A stretch of 64,000 nt of DNA from Spirochaetia bacterium (GCA_963677925.2 CAXXYH010000003.1:1088001-1152000); one strand, 5' to 3'. Shown: positions 29,378-38,969, numbered from the stretch's first letter. The notes: generated by a model from the sequence alone, not told the origin. Translations and numbers: made by a program.

Positions 29378-29452
29378 TGTTGCATGCAACAAAGCCAGTA
29401 TAGATGCTGTTTCTGATTGTTGTCAAGAAAAAAATCCATTTTTTGCATGCAA
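29378..29452. promoter_or_regulatory. Divergent promoter region with two TTGCATGCAA palindromic operators
   Basis: TGTTGCATGCAACA at 29378-29391 and TTGCATGCAA at 29443-29452. Between them on the minus strand: TTGACA (29426-29421)-18 bp-TATACT (29402-29397). Confidence 0.7.
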
Positions 29453-29507
29453 TAAATGATTTTTTATGATATAACTTAGAAAAACAGTTCAGGAGTTTCT
29501 TAAGAAG

Positions 29508-30503
29508 ATGGCAAAAAGGGTTACAGTCTATGACATAGCGCAGAAACTTAACATATCACCAAGTACTGTATCAAGAGTACTTAACAACTCTGCACTTATC
29601 AGCAATGAACGGGCTGTGCAGATACAAAAAACAGCTGCTGAAATGGGCTATAAGCAGCGGCCGATAAAAAAACAGATTAACAGGGCGATTCTTAATATTC
29701 ATCTTTTTCTCCCTGAATCGGATCTCAGCCTCACCCACTTCTTCTATAATGTCTCGGAACTGCTTGATTCTATTCAGAGAGGTTTCGGAAGCGTTCGATT
29801 AAACATAATTACCAGAGTTAATGACGGGAACATGGATTTTCTTTCATTCAAAAAGACAGGTGATATTGACGGATGCATTTTTGCATTTACTCAGCCGAAA
29901 AAAAAACTATCAAAGGCTCTTATGGAACGTGAGATTCCCGTTATACTTCTGAACAGACGTGATGACAGCCATTCCTGTATTTTCTATGACACAGAACAGG
30001 GCATGATTGCGCTCACTGAAGATGTATTGAAAAGAAAAGACGCAGCCGTTGCTCCCTGCTACATCGGTTTCCGCTCACTCGAAGCATTATCACGTGAAAG
30101 ATTCAGCGGCGTCAAGATTGCACTCGCAGGAGCAGGACTGGATTTCAATGATGATAATCTGATTTTTGTAGAGGAACTCACAGATATCGGGAATAAAGTC
30201 ATCCCCTGGATTATAGAAAATTCATACGACACAGCCTTCGCATTCAATGATTATATTGCTCTTTCGGTTCTTCACTCACTAATGAAAAACGGAAGGAGGG
30301 TACCGGAAGATATAGCTCTCACCGGCTTCGATAATTCACCTATTCTGGGTCTTGCTGAGCAGAAAATAACCACAGTAACTCTTTCAATCTCGGCTCTTGG
30401 CTTCCGAGCCGGAGAATGGCTGAAAAGAGCGATTATTGACAAGGAACAGCATAGACTTTATGAAGTAATGCCGGTTGAAATAGTCCCCGGCAATACTGTT
30501 TAA
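29508..30503 (+). CDS. LacI family transcriptional regulator
   Basis: TVYDIAQKLNISPSTVSRVLN helix-turn-helix; ND..A, VPEDIALTGFDN. Confidence 0.95.
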   Translation: MAKRVTVYDIAQKLNISPSTVSRVLNNSALISNERAVQIQKTAAEMGYKQRPIKKQINRAILNIHLFLPESDLSLTHFFYNVSELLDSIQRGFGSVRLNIITRVNDGNMDFLSFKKTGDIDGCIFAFTQPKKKLSKALMEREIPVILLNRRDDSHSCIFYDTEQGMIALTEDVLKRKDAAVAPCYIGFRSLEALSRERFSGVKIALAGAGLDFNDDNLIFVEELTDIGNKVIPWIIENSYDTAFAFNDYIALSVLHSLMKNGRRVPEDIALTGFDNSPILGLAEQKITTVTLSISALGFRAGEWLKRAIIDKEQHRLYEVMPVEIVPGNTV

Positions 30504-32332
30504 TAGCTGATATCCTCAAGCGCCGGAACAGTTATTGTAATCCGCTCATCATCGTTGCCGCTTGTGAAGGTACGCTCATTCAGGTCGCTCACGGAATCGA
30601 CCTCTCCGTCCCAAAAGTCATCAAGAAAGACATCGGGTGAATCAAAACCGTTGTTGTAGAGCTTTCTCACCCTGGAATTGCTGCCGGTTTTTATTGCGGT
30701 CGAAGCGTTATAGAAATTATTGTAGTACATGTAAAGATTCCCGCCGTAGGCAGTATAGGCGCAGATTGATGAGTCTGCATCAGTTCCTGCACAGATGTTG
30801 TTAAATGCTATTTTACAGCTTCCGTTATTGATAAAATAGATACCGTAGGACTGACTCTCTGAACCCGATGCGGTTCCGCCGCTTATCAGAGCATTGCCGT
30901 AAATATCGACATAGTTGCTTGTAACGGCGGCCTCACTGCTGCTGTATATGGCAAATGAGGTGGACCCTACTCCGAGGGCCGTGCCCCCGCTGATTTCTTC
31001 ATTGGCATAGATAACAGGGCACGCGCCGTCAGTAATCATAATGCCGTATGTTTTGTAATTATCCTCATCATCGCCATCGGAAGTAAGCTCCGCCGCCGAG
31101 ACTGATGATGTTCCGCCGAGGATTATGTTGTACTGGATTTTAGGTGAAGCATAGCTTTCAACTGACACTGCGGAGGCTTCTGCACGGCCGCTGCCGCCTG
31201 TTATGGTATTGTACTGAAGTACGGGAGAGGCGCTGCTGCTTATAATAATCGGGGCCGCACTGTTTCCTGAGCCGGATTTTATAATTGTCAGGCCCTCAAT
31301 CACAACATCTTCACCGATATCCTCACCGTCGACTATGATACTGCCGGTTATTTCTATTGTTGTTCCGCTTTCACGGGATTCGGAATCCTTATAGTCGTCA
31401 TTTCGTGTTGTTGCATTGGTAAACCCGCCGCATAGTTTTACACCGGCAGGGATTGTCAGATCACCTGTAAGAGTATATGTAGCCTTATCAAGAGCTATTG
31501 AATCTCCGTTTGAATAAGCCGTATCAATTGCGGTCTGTACAGCAGTTATACTATTTGTTTGGGGAACAAAGGAAAAAAGGCTGTCCACATCTGCAGTTAT
31601 CTCAGTATTCTCCCTGATAGTAATTGTTGTATTTGCAGCCTCCTGATTTCCGAATACAGGTTCAAAGTCTGCTGTATGGGAAGAGTCGAGATGCCATTCC
31701 ACCAGTTCCGAGACATTTCCAACGTCACAGGTCAGCACAAAAACACCGGTACTTGAAGTAAAGGTTTTAATTTCGCCGGTTGCGGTAATTTTATTATCGG
31801 TATCATCATCAACAATAATATCGCAGGCAATGTTATCATCTCCTGTAACGGTAAGCTGCAGCTGCCCTTCACCGGAAAGGCCCAGCAGATACTCACGGCC
31901 TTCGGCCGTTACACTTAAGAGCTCTGAATAATATCCCAATGCTGCCGGAGAAAACTGAAGTACAAGATCCTCCTTTGAGGCTCCGGCTTCAATCGTATAC
32001 GGGAATTCAGGCAGACCCGAACTTATCGAGAAGGCGCTGTCTTCATCAATAAGAATACTTTCAATCACTATATCCGATTCAGTTGTATTTTCAATTGCAA
32101 AGGAAGCTTCCAAGCTTTCACCGAGAATGATTTCACCAAAATCGAGCTCTCCGATATAGCCTTTAATGACGCTTTCCGAAGAGCCTTCATCATAACCGGA
32201 GAATGTAAGCCCGGCCGACTCACCCGGGGTAAAAATTTCACATCCGGTAAACAGCAGGATTAACATCAGTACAACGGTAAGATATGCTGATATTGCAGAA
32301 TAATTTCTGACTGTACTTTTTTTCACTTTCAT
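30500..32332 (-). CDS. Acidic lipoprotein with an Ig-like (choice-of-anchor D/ASH-type) domain and a parallel beta-helix
   Basis: Lipobox LFTGC; LDFGEI...FAIENT...L.FSP...G...L.LSGEG Ig-like pattern; repeated P.I.YN.I.GG...GI beta-helix coils. Confidence 0.72.
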   Translation of the reverse strand: MKVKKSTVRNYSAISAYLTVVLMLILLFTGCEIFTPGESAGLTFSGYDEGSSESVIKGYIGELDFGEIILGESLEASFAIENTTESDIVIESILIDEDSAFSISSGLPEFPYTIEAGASKEDLVLQFSPAALGYYSELLSVTAEGREYLLGLSGEGQLQLTVTGDDNIACDIIVDDDTDNKITATGEIKTFTSSTGVFVLTCDVGNVSELVEWHLDSSHTADFEPVFGNQEAANTTITIRENTEITADVDSLFSFVPQTNSITAVQTAIDTAYSNGDSIALDKATYTLTGDLTIPAGVKLCGGFTNATTRNDDYKDSESRESGTTIEITGSIIVDGEDIGEDVVIEGLTIIKSGSGNSAAPIIISSSASPVLQYNTITGGSGRAEASAVSVESYASPKIQYNIILGGTSSVSAAELTSDGDDEDNYKTYGIMITDGACPVIYANEEISGGTALGVGSTSFAIYSSSEAAVTSNYVDIYGNALISGGTASGSESQSYGIYFINNGSCKIAFNNICAGTDADSSICAYTAYGGNLYMYYNNFYNASTAIKTGSNSRVRKLYNNGFDSPDVFLDDFWDGEVDSVSDLNERTFTSGNDDERITITVPALEDISY

Positions 32333-32334
32333 TT

Positions 32335-32994
32335 TTATTTTCTCCTTAATCCGCCTGAAACTCTTTTTCTTCCGAAAATATTGAACAGGTAGTGCTGAAC
32401 GAAAAACAGAAAAACCGGAATGATAATTCCCAGAACCTGCAGGGATTCAGTTAATCCTGATAAATTGTAAATTGAATGAATTGTAGATGAAAGAATGAAC
32501 ATTCCCGCCAGCAGCGGCAGAGAGATAAATTCATAATCCATCATAACCTGAATTGCATAGCCTACAAGTGCTGTCATTGATCCATGCAGGACACAGGCCG
32601 TCAGGCTCCTTGTTACTATAAAGAAAAGGCTGTCGCTGATTCCGTTTGAAGTTGTGATTGTAAGGTAGAGATAATTCTCAAGAATTGAAAACCCAATCCC
32701 CACAGCCATGGCATACCTGACTATATTATACCGGGAAGTGCTTTTGTTCTTTCTCATGAAAATCAGCAGGGGTAAAAATTTGATACCTTCCTCCATGACG
32801 GGAATTATCTGGCTCAGCAGCAGAGTTTCATCCGGAATGATATAGGTATCAATAAATATATTTATAAAATAGACGAGTATTGTTGAGGTAAGCCCCCAGG
32901 TGAAAAATACTATAAGCCTTCTATACTCACCCTTAATTACCATGATGAGAAAAAAAAGCGGAAGCAGCGTTCCAATGTACAGAGCTTCTATCAT
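32335..32994 (-). CDS. PrsW (M82) family intramembrane glutamic protease
   Basis: Multi-TM; EEGIK, GFSILEN, R...LHG and HSIYN motifs. Confidence 0.88.
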   Translation of the reverse strand: MIEALYIGTLLPLFFLIMVIKGEYRRLIVFFTWGLTSTILVYFINIFIDTYIIPDETLLLSQIIPVMEEGIKFLPLLIFMRKNKSTSRYNIVRYAMAVGIGFSILENYLYLTITTSNGISDSLFFIVTRSLTACVLHGSMTALVGYAIQVMMDYEFISLPLLAGMFILSSTIHSIYNLSGLTESLQVLGIIIPVFLFFVQHYLFNIFGRKRVSGGLRRK

Positions 32995-33716
32995 ATTAAT
33001 TTCTCCTCATTGAATACAAAAATACTGCAGGTAAAATATATTATTACAAATGGAAGCAGCATATAATTCAGCAGAGGCGGAAAGTAGACGGATATTGCCG
33101 TGTTATCCAGAAAACATGTCATATCTATCAAACCGGATGCTGACACCGTACATGTATACCATGAGAAGTATTTTGCATCTTTAGCGGGAGAGATCGATAC
33201 GGACATAGCCCTTGCAATTATAAAAACCAGGAGCAGGGCAAAGCCCGATGTAATCCAGTCCGCATTATTAAAAAAGTGAAGTACTGCCGGTACTGCAAGG
33301 AGTGTGTAAGGCAGCATACGGCGGGCATCCTTTTTTTTATCAGGTTTCCAGATTCCGGTTTTTACAAAATATCTGCTTAAGCCGGTAAAAAGAAGATAAT
33401 ACAGGTAGATGCCCGGTTCTCCGAAGGGAAGCCGGTATGCCGGAAATCCGGTTATATGCCGGAACATTCTGTCTGCCGTAAAACCGAGAAGTCTGCCGCT
33501 GAGTATAAATACCGCAATCAGAATAAAGGGGCTGTATTTAAATCGTTCAATATTTGATGCCGCGGCGATTACTGCCGGTACGGCGGCGGCTGCAAACAGA
33601 ATCAGGACCGCATATTCAGCCGGCAGAGGACTCAGCTTCAAATAGTAATCAGCGATCAATAAAGCAAGGAGTACGGAATAGATTATAATCAGCACCGGCA
33701 GAGCTTTCTTCTTCAT
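32991..33716 (-). CDS. Polytopic membrane protein of unknown function
   Basis: About 7-8 hydrophobic segments; GGAG RBS; stop overlaps the PrsW start (ATGA). Confidence 0.75.
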   Translation of the reverse strand: MKKKALPVLIIIYSVLLALLIADYYLKLSPLPAEYAVLILFAAAAVPAVIAAASNIERFKYSPFILIAVFILSGRLLGFTADRMFRHITGFPAYRLPFGEPGIYLYYLLFTGLSRYFVKTGIWKPDKKKDARRMLPYTLLAVPAVLHFFNNADWITSGFALLLVFIIARAMSVSISPAKDAKYFSWYTCTVSASGLIDMTCFLDNTAISVYFPPLLNYMLLPFVIIYFTCSIFVFNEEKLI

Positions 33717-33732
33717 AGGCTTAAATACACTC

Positions 33733-35439
33733 CTAAAGCCTAATCACGAATGCAGCGTTAACCTGAAAATCGATTCCGCTGCTGTCGGAAAGATCTCCGC
33801 TGTCATCTGTTTCGCGGCCGAGGTCGATATCCCAGGGTCTTGATTCTCCTGAAATCACTGCATTACCTATAGTTGAGAAATTCTGCATATCAATCACACA
33901 GCTTAATTTTTTTCCCATTGGAAGAATAACTCCGGCCTTTGTTCCAATCTCCCAGGTTAAATCTCCGGATGTATTTTTCTCTTCCCATACACTTCTGGTA
34001 TCTGTGTTATATGCCCGGTATACTTCAACTGAATACAACGCCGATACGGAAGCATCAAAGAAGAACCTGAAATCTTTACCAGGATTAACCGTATATCTTG
34101 CAAGCAGGTCTGCGCTGTGGATATAGGTTTCGGAGGGGTAGAGATCATTGTCCGCACTTAGACTGTCATCTGCCGGATCTGTTCCGAGACTGAGTTCGGT
34201 ATAGTGATTTGTGTTAAGGCTGTTATATGCACTGACACCGGCCGCGGTGTCCTCATTCTGGTAATATCGCTCTGCAAAAAGTGAATAGCCAAGCCCGATT
34301 CTAAACCTGGACTTTTTTTCCGGATTAATAAATTCCAGTGCAAGCATAGCATCAAAACTGCTTAATCCGGAATCATAGATATACTCTGAATAACTGTCAT
34401 CAGTTTCAGATTCAGCAAGCTCATGTTCCAGGTAGTAATAATATGTGTAGTCAAGCGGTGTATAACCGGCTTCAGCAATAAAGGACAAAGTCTTTGATAA
34501 TGGCATCACAATGGCTGCTTTTACATCGACATTATTGTTTACCGCATATTCCTGATGTTCATAGGAGGCCAGCTGATACAGTTCACTTGCCTCATTATAG
34601 TACTCCGGTCCGCCGTCAGCTGCCGGGAGCAGGTAGTAATCTTCGAGGGTATAAATGGTATCAAGATATCCGTCAGCATCTGTATCGACAGCCTTATATT
34701 CCCGGCTCAGATCATCAAAGTATCCGCTGTAAAGAAGGCTGAAATAGAGTCTGTTTTTTTCAAGCGGCATATTAAAACCAAGAGTACTGCTGTAGGTATG
34801 CAGATATTCATCAGTGTTATCCTGCCCTGATAATAATTGAGTATATGCGAATGCCGGACTGTATGAGCTGTCAGTTACCCAGTTGTAATACTTCGGATCG
34901 TATGTAAGGCCGTATCCGAATGACAGACCTCCCTCTACATCTTCTCCCGAGAGGAAGCCGAAGTAGAGATCAGCCCAACCGCTGTAATTATTTTCATTAT
35001 ACTTATCGATTATATCTTCGGTCGAACTGTTATAGTTAAGGCTTTCAGTTTTTTCACCCCGGTGTTCTGAGCTGTAAACCAAATCAAATCCGAAAACGCC
35101 CGGTTTATCTTCGCTCTTTTTAAGCAGGGTAAAGTCTGCATATGGAAGTATTTCATAAGAACTGTATGTTTCAGTTCCGCCGTCTGCCCCGAGCGAATCA
35201 TCAGAACGTTCATCACCTGCGCCGGACAAATTAAAATCCGCATCAAAGTTTCCAAGAATCATATCGGATGCAATTCCCATAAGGATTGAAGGGTTATCAA
35301 TATAGTCGTATTCCGGGTATAAGGCTGATGTACTTTCACCCTGAAAGAGAAGATTTGTTTCATCTAAATCTTCACCGGCTGCAAAAAAAACAGCAGCAGT
35401 AAGGATTAAAAACAAGAAGATTATTTTTTTCATATACAA
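33733..35439 (-). CDS. Secreted acidic protein, probable outer-membrane beta-barrel
   Basis: Signal peptide; many alternating aromatic/Gly strands (FGFDLVY, GGLSFGY, RIGLGYS); ends in a strand, DFQVNAAFVIRL. Confidence 0.65.
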   Translation of the reverse strand: MYMKKIIFLFLILTAAVFFAAGEDLDETNLLFQGESTSALYPEYDYIDNPSILMGIASDMILGNFDADFNLSGAGDERSDDSLGADGGTETYSSYEILPYADFTLLKKSEDKPGVFGFDLVYSSEHRGEKTESLNYNSSTEDIIDKYNENNYSGWADLYFGFLSGEDVEGGLSFGYGLTYDPKYYNWVTDSSYSPAFAYTQLLSGQDNTDEYLHTYSSTLGFNMPLEKNRLYFSLLYSGYFDDLSREYKAVDTDADGYLDTIYTLEDYYLLPAADGGPEYYNEASELYQLASYEHQEYAVNNNVDVKAAIVMPLSKTLSFIAEAGYTPLDYTYYYYLEHELAESETDDSYSEYIYDSGLSSFDAMLALEFINPEKKSRFRIGLGYSLFAERYYQNEDTAAGVSAYNSLNTNHYTELSLGTDPADDSLSADNDLYPSETYIHSADLLARYTVNPGKDFRFFFDASVSALYSVEVYRAYNTDTRSVWEEKNTSGDLTWEIGTKAGVILPMGKKLSCVIDMQNFSTIGNAVISGESRPWDIDLGRETDDSGDLSDSSGIDFQVNAAFVIRL

Positions 35440-35445
35440 TTTCCT

Positions 35446-36771
35446 TTATTTAAATCTGTGATTATTTTTTATGTCAGCTAATTTTATATCTTCTTCAGGA
35501 GAATTGATTCCGGCAGATATTCCCTTGAGCATCCTGCTGCCGGCTTCCTCATCAACTTCATAGTCATAGTATTTATAGACGTACTTGGTTTCAATTTCAT
35601 AATACACATCATTTATATACTCTTCTGTATACCTGATTGATGTCCGGTCATACAGCAGGGTTCCTCCTTCAGTATAGCGGCATTCTTCAAGCAGATTCGA
35701 ATCATCATCATAACTGTAGCTTGTATATTCAGTTACCGAGCCGTAGAGGCTGCGGGTATCCTTTGTGACGTTGCCCAGGGAATCATACTCGATATTAAGA
35801 ACAGTATACTTGGAGCCAATCTCATCAATATCAATTTTATAGGTAAAGGGATCAGTATCACCTGTATTGAGATCATCAAATGAAAGGTTGTCATAAGCCG
35901 CACTTGAGATCTGCGGAACACTGTCCACTGATTCACCGTCAGAGAGAAGGTCATAAAGATAATCAGCCTGTTCATAAACGTTGCCGTCTTCATCCCGCTG
36001 ATAACGGGTCAGGTAGTAAAACTGATCATCAGCTTCAACATAGGGGCTGTAGGATGAGTGGTAAAGCTCATACATGTAGTCCCAGGAGTCATCGTCATAC
36101 CAGCATGCGTATTCTTCTGTCAGAAAAAGGTCATAATCATCGTTGTCAGGGTCTTCTGCAGCAAAATATTTTTCTGTGCGGTAATACATGTAATCATAAT
36201 CATCTTCCAGATATGTAACTTCCTGACGCGCAATTATCTCATCACCTGAACCGGTAACCTTATAATCAATAATTTCTGTATAATTACTGTAATTAACTGT
36301 GTCTAAGTCCGTCCCTTCCGAATTTATATCAGTATAGGCAACTGTGTAGTACAATCCCAGTTCACCGTCATCGGAGGCAGCCGAGGGCTCACGTGTTTCA
36401 GCACCGCTCAGCAGATAGTCGTATACAGTCTCTCCGTCATAGATGTAATAATCTTTCACAAAGCTGTAAATGTAAAACTCTACCAGAGTCTCTTCACCTT
36501 CAGTTACGCTGTATACATCAGTCCGCGTATTAAGATAAACCCCGTCGTAATCTTCATATGTATACCGGTAAACCGCACTTAGTGTTCCGTTTTCATCATA
36601 GACTCGCGTCTCAACCGGCTCCAGATCATATTGATCAGGATCAACGTATTTGCTGAATGTGACCTCTTTCGAATAATAATCAATTGTTCCTTCAGATCCG
36701 CTGTCCAGATCACAGGAAACAGGGATTATCAGAATAATTGTAATAATTAAATAAATGTATTTACTTTTCAT
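35446..36771 (-). CDS. Tyr/Asp-rich lipoprotein with YD/RHS-like repeats
   Basis: Lipobox PVSC; YDENG, RDEDGNV, EYDSLGNV, YSYDDDSNL; ATG 36771 overlaps the upstream stop (ATGA). Confidence 0.72.
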   Translation of the reverse strand: MKSKYIYLIITIILIIPVSCDLDSGSEGTIDYYSKEVTFSKYVDPDQYDLEPVETRVYDENGTLSAVYRYTYEDYDGVYLNTRTDVYSVTEGEETLVEFYIYSFVKDYYIYDGETVYDYLLSGAETREPSAASDDGELGLYYTVAYTDINSEGTDLDTVNYSNYTEIIDYKVTGSGDEIIARQEVTYLEDDYDYMYYRTEKYFAAEDPDNDDYDLFLTEEYACWYDDDSWDYMYELYHSSYSPYVEADDQFYYLTRYQRDEDGNVYEQADYLYDLLSDGESVDSVPQISSAAYDNLSFDDLNTGDTDPFTYKIDIDEIGSKYTVLNIEYDSLGNVTKDTRSLYGSVTEYTSYSYDDDSNLLEECRYTEGGTLLYDRTSIRYTEEYINDVYYEIETKYVYKYYDYEVDEEAGSRMLKGISAGINSPEEDIKLADIKNNHRFK

Positions 36772-38327
36772 ATTTCCAGACTTCCATCCCAGTTCCAGAA
36801 GGGCCACTTATCATCCCAGATATCTATCGGAATTGTGATTATCTTGATTCCAACTTCGGCATAAGCGCCTGCTTCGGCATATGCTGCAATAATCCAGTCA
36901 TTGAAGTTGCCGTAAAATCCGTCATCGGTGTTATAGCCCATGATTCCAAGCGGCTCGACATATCCGCCTACAGTCAGATAGATTCCGCCGCCGCCTTCCA
37001 GCTCGACAAGATCGATACCAAGCAGTCCGAGGCTTCCGCCCAGGTACAGCCCAGCCTTTGTTGTGACTTCCGCGGCAATTGTAGGACGGAAGGCAAAGTT
37101 CATATAATTGTTATCAAATGCCGGTTTAATCTTGTACGGAATAAAGGGCCAGGAGAGTTTGCACTCTCCACCGAGCGTCATTCTGGAGTATTCTGAAACC
37201 TCGGCCGTCAGCGAGACATTCCCGTCAATACCGATTTTTGCAGAGATTCCCACGGAAACTTTTATTGTCGTATTCGGATCAAGGAATATAACCTCAAGCA
37301 GAGGAACCGAAAGCTCGGCTGCAAGGGAGGCTGTCCCTATCAGCTTAAAGTCAAACTCCTGGGCCACGGTTGCAATACATTTGGCGGAACCGCTTTTAAG
37401 ATGGAATTCAGGATGATAAACAATCCACCAGTCATGAACCCATGACACCGTACAGCTGGGCATATTAAGTTCGCCTTCAACCCTCAGCTGCTTAAGGTTC
37501 AAAGTTCCTTTGAGCTTTATCTCACCCGAAGCGCTTATTTCAAGTTCGGTCTCAGAGAACTCATTATCGTCATCATTGCTGCTGTCACTATTGTTGCTGT
37601 TATTATCATCGCTGCTGTCACTATTGTTATTATTATCATCACTGCTGCTGTTATCATCGCTGTCGGAGTTCTGGTTCTTCTCTTCCTTCTTACCCTCTTT
37701 AGCTATCTTTTTAAGCTCTTCAATGATCTCTTTTTTAACTTCCTTTTTCCAGAGAGTTATATCCACATTGAATGAACGCAGGGTATCAAGATCATCAACC
37801 TCAGGATCTGTGTCGTACCACAGAACAGATCTTGAATCTGCAGTTGTCTGTTTAAAAGACGAAGAAAGTTTATCGGCCTCAGCAGCATTCTTAGGAAGAA
37901 GAGTGACCCCCTTTGAAAGCGATGCTCTGCCCAGGCTGTCATCAGTACAGCTTATATCAAACTCGGGAACAGATACTCCGTTGAACACCTCTTCGGGTCT
38001 GGGAGCAGTGGTCTCTATTACCGTTTTACCATTGTATTCATATATGTCGACTACCTTTCTGGCTTCATTATCAGCTGTAATAAAAATTGAACCTATTTCC
38101 AAATCATCCGGCGTAGAGGATCTTTCCGGTGTATTGGCTGATCTGGAAAATAGGGTTCCGATCGGTCTGAGATCAATTATACCGTCAGTAAATATTGCAT
38201 TGATTCCGGACATTGGAACGTCGGCAGATACTGAAAAAGCTGTGAAAAACAAAAACAGAATGAAGGGAACCAGGCCCTTCTTCATTAAACCGTAATTATT
38301 TCTATACATTTTAACATCCTGATTCAT
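36768..38327 (-). CDS. Secreted beta-rich protein with Ser/Asp/Asn low-complexity insert
   Basis: Signal peptide MKKGLVPFILFLFFTAFSVSA (alternative start 38285); long amphipathic beta-strands in the C-terminal half. Confidence 0.7.
   Translation of the reverse strand: MNQDVKMYRNNYGLMKKGLVPFILFLFFTAFSVSADVPMSGINAIFTDGIIDLRPIGTLFSRSANTPERSSTPDDLEIGSIFITADNEARKVVDIYEYNGKTVIETTAPRPEEVFNGVSVPEFDISCTDDSLGRASLSKGVTLLPKNAAEADKLSSSFKQTTADSRSVLWYDTDPEVDDLDTLRSFNVDITLWKKEVKKEIIEELKKIAKEGKKEEKNQNSDSDDNSSSDDNNNNSDSSDDNNSNNSDSSNDDDNEFSETELEISASGEIKLKGTLNLKQLRVEGELNMPSCTVSWVHDWWIVYHPEFHLKSGSAKCIATVAQEFDFKLIGTASLAAELSVPLLEVIFLDPNTTIKVSVGISAKIGIDGNVSLTAEVSEYSRMTLGGECKLSWPFIPYKIKPAFDNNYMNFAFRPTIAAEVTTKAGLYLGGSLGLLGIDLVELEGGGGIYLTVGGYVEPLGIMGYNTDDGFYGNFNDWIIAAYAEAGAYAEVGIKIITIPIDIWDDKWPFWNWDGSLEI
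37578..37640. repeat. Imperfect in-frame tandem repeat (33 + 30 bp) encoding DDNNNNSDSS-like units
   Basis: GCTGCTGTCACTATTGTT...TTATTATCATC twice, with degenerate copies to about 37670. Confidence 0.8.
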
Positions 38328-38328
38328 C

Positions 38329-38787
38329 CTAATAATCTTTCATAAAGACGCTTTCATCATCATGCTGCTCCACTACCCCGCGAAGTTCACCATCCTCGTC
38401 ATACCCGAAGTATGTATTCAGTTCAGTTCCGTCAGATGCACTTCTGCTGATTTGGATAAGCCTGTCATTATCATCATAGACTTCTTCGGTATACCAGGTA
38501 ACGGCGGTCTCTGAACCTCCGGTCGGTGTGGAAACAGTCCTGGCCAGGTAGCCGGCATCATCGTATTCATAGGTGACCGTTTTACTGACTTTCTGATCAG
38601 AATCATAACTGAGGGTTTTTAGCAGTGTCTTTCCGTCGGAACTGTATTTATATTCGTTGAGAACATCATTTGTATCCTGATCGATTATGACAAAACTCTT
38701 TGTCTCCTCTTCTTCAGCAAAGAGACCGCAGCCTGATGCCACTAATACGGCCGCAGCTAATAGAGCTGCTGATATCACATTTTTCAT
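38329..38787 (-). CDS. Small lipoprotein made of YD-like repeats
   Basis: Lipobox ASGC; SYDSDQK, YEYDDAGYL, YDDNDRL, GYDEDGEL; GGAGGAG RBS. Confidence 0.8.
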   Translation of the reverse strand: MKNVISAALLAAAVLVASGCGLFAEEEETKSFVIIDQDTNDVLNEYKYSSDGKTLLKTLSYDSDQKVSKTVTYEYDDAGYLARTVSTPTGGSETAVTWYTEEVYDDNDRLIQISRSASDGTELNTYFGYDEDGELRGVVEQHDDESVFMKDY

Positions 38788-38801
38788 ATCTTCTCCTCCG
38801 G

Positions 38802-38969
38802 CTACCTTCTTATATGCTGGGAAGGCGGTCTTCTTGCGGCATCAAGGAAATTCATATCATCAAATACCGGGAAATGAAAAAACTGACCGATAACAAAGCC
38901 CAGCAGCAGAAAAACAATCGGAAAGATTATTGCTCCGGCTTTTGAACTTTTCTTTTTCTTTTTAGCCAT
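38802..38969 (-). CDS. Small single-pass membrane protein (55 aa)
   Basis: ATG 38969 after CAGGAG; MAKKKKKSSK followed by one TM helix; first gene of the operon. Confidence 0.65.
   Translation of the reverse strand: MAKKKKKSSKAGAIIFPIVFLLLGFVIGQFFHFPVFDDMNFLDAARRPPSQHIRR

Noticed and set aside
852-36807. Longer N-termini given by the ORF track (1670, 6684, 10379, 16192, 22309, 24212, 29370, 36807)
   Set aside because: The extensions run through promoters or neighbouring genes; downstream starts have better RBSs or gene junctions and match domain boundaries.
37560-37670. Tandem repeats considered as a CRISPR array
   Set aside because: No unique spacers, unit lengths are multiples of 3 inside a CDS, and no cas genes are present.
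37510-38295. 261-aa plus-strand ORF rich in Leu/Ser
   Set aside because: Antisense shadow of the 36768-38327 gene; its poly-Leu/Ser run is the reverse complement of the S/D/N repeat.
35446-38787. Rhs polymorphic toxin locus
   Set aside because: The proteins are short lipoproteins with no Rhs core terminus, toxin domain, immunity gene or T6SS genes.
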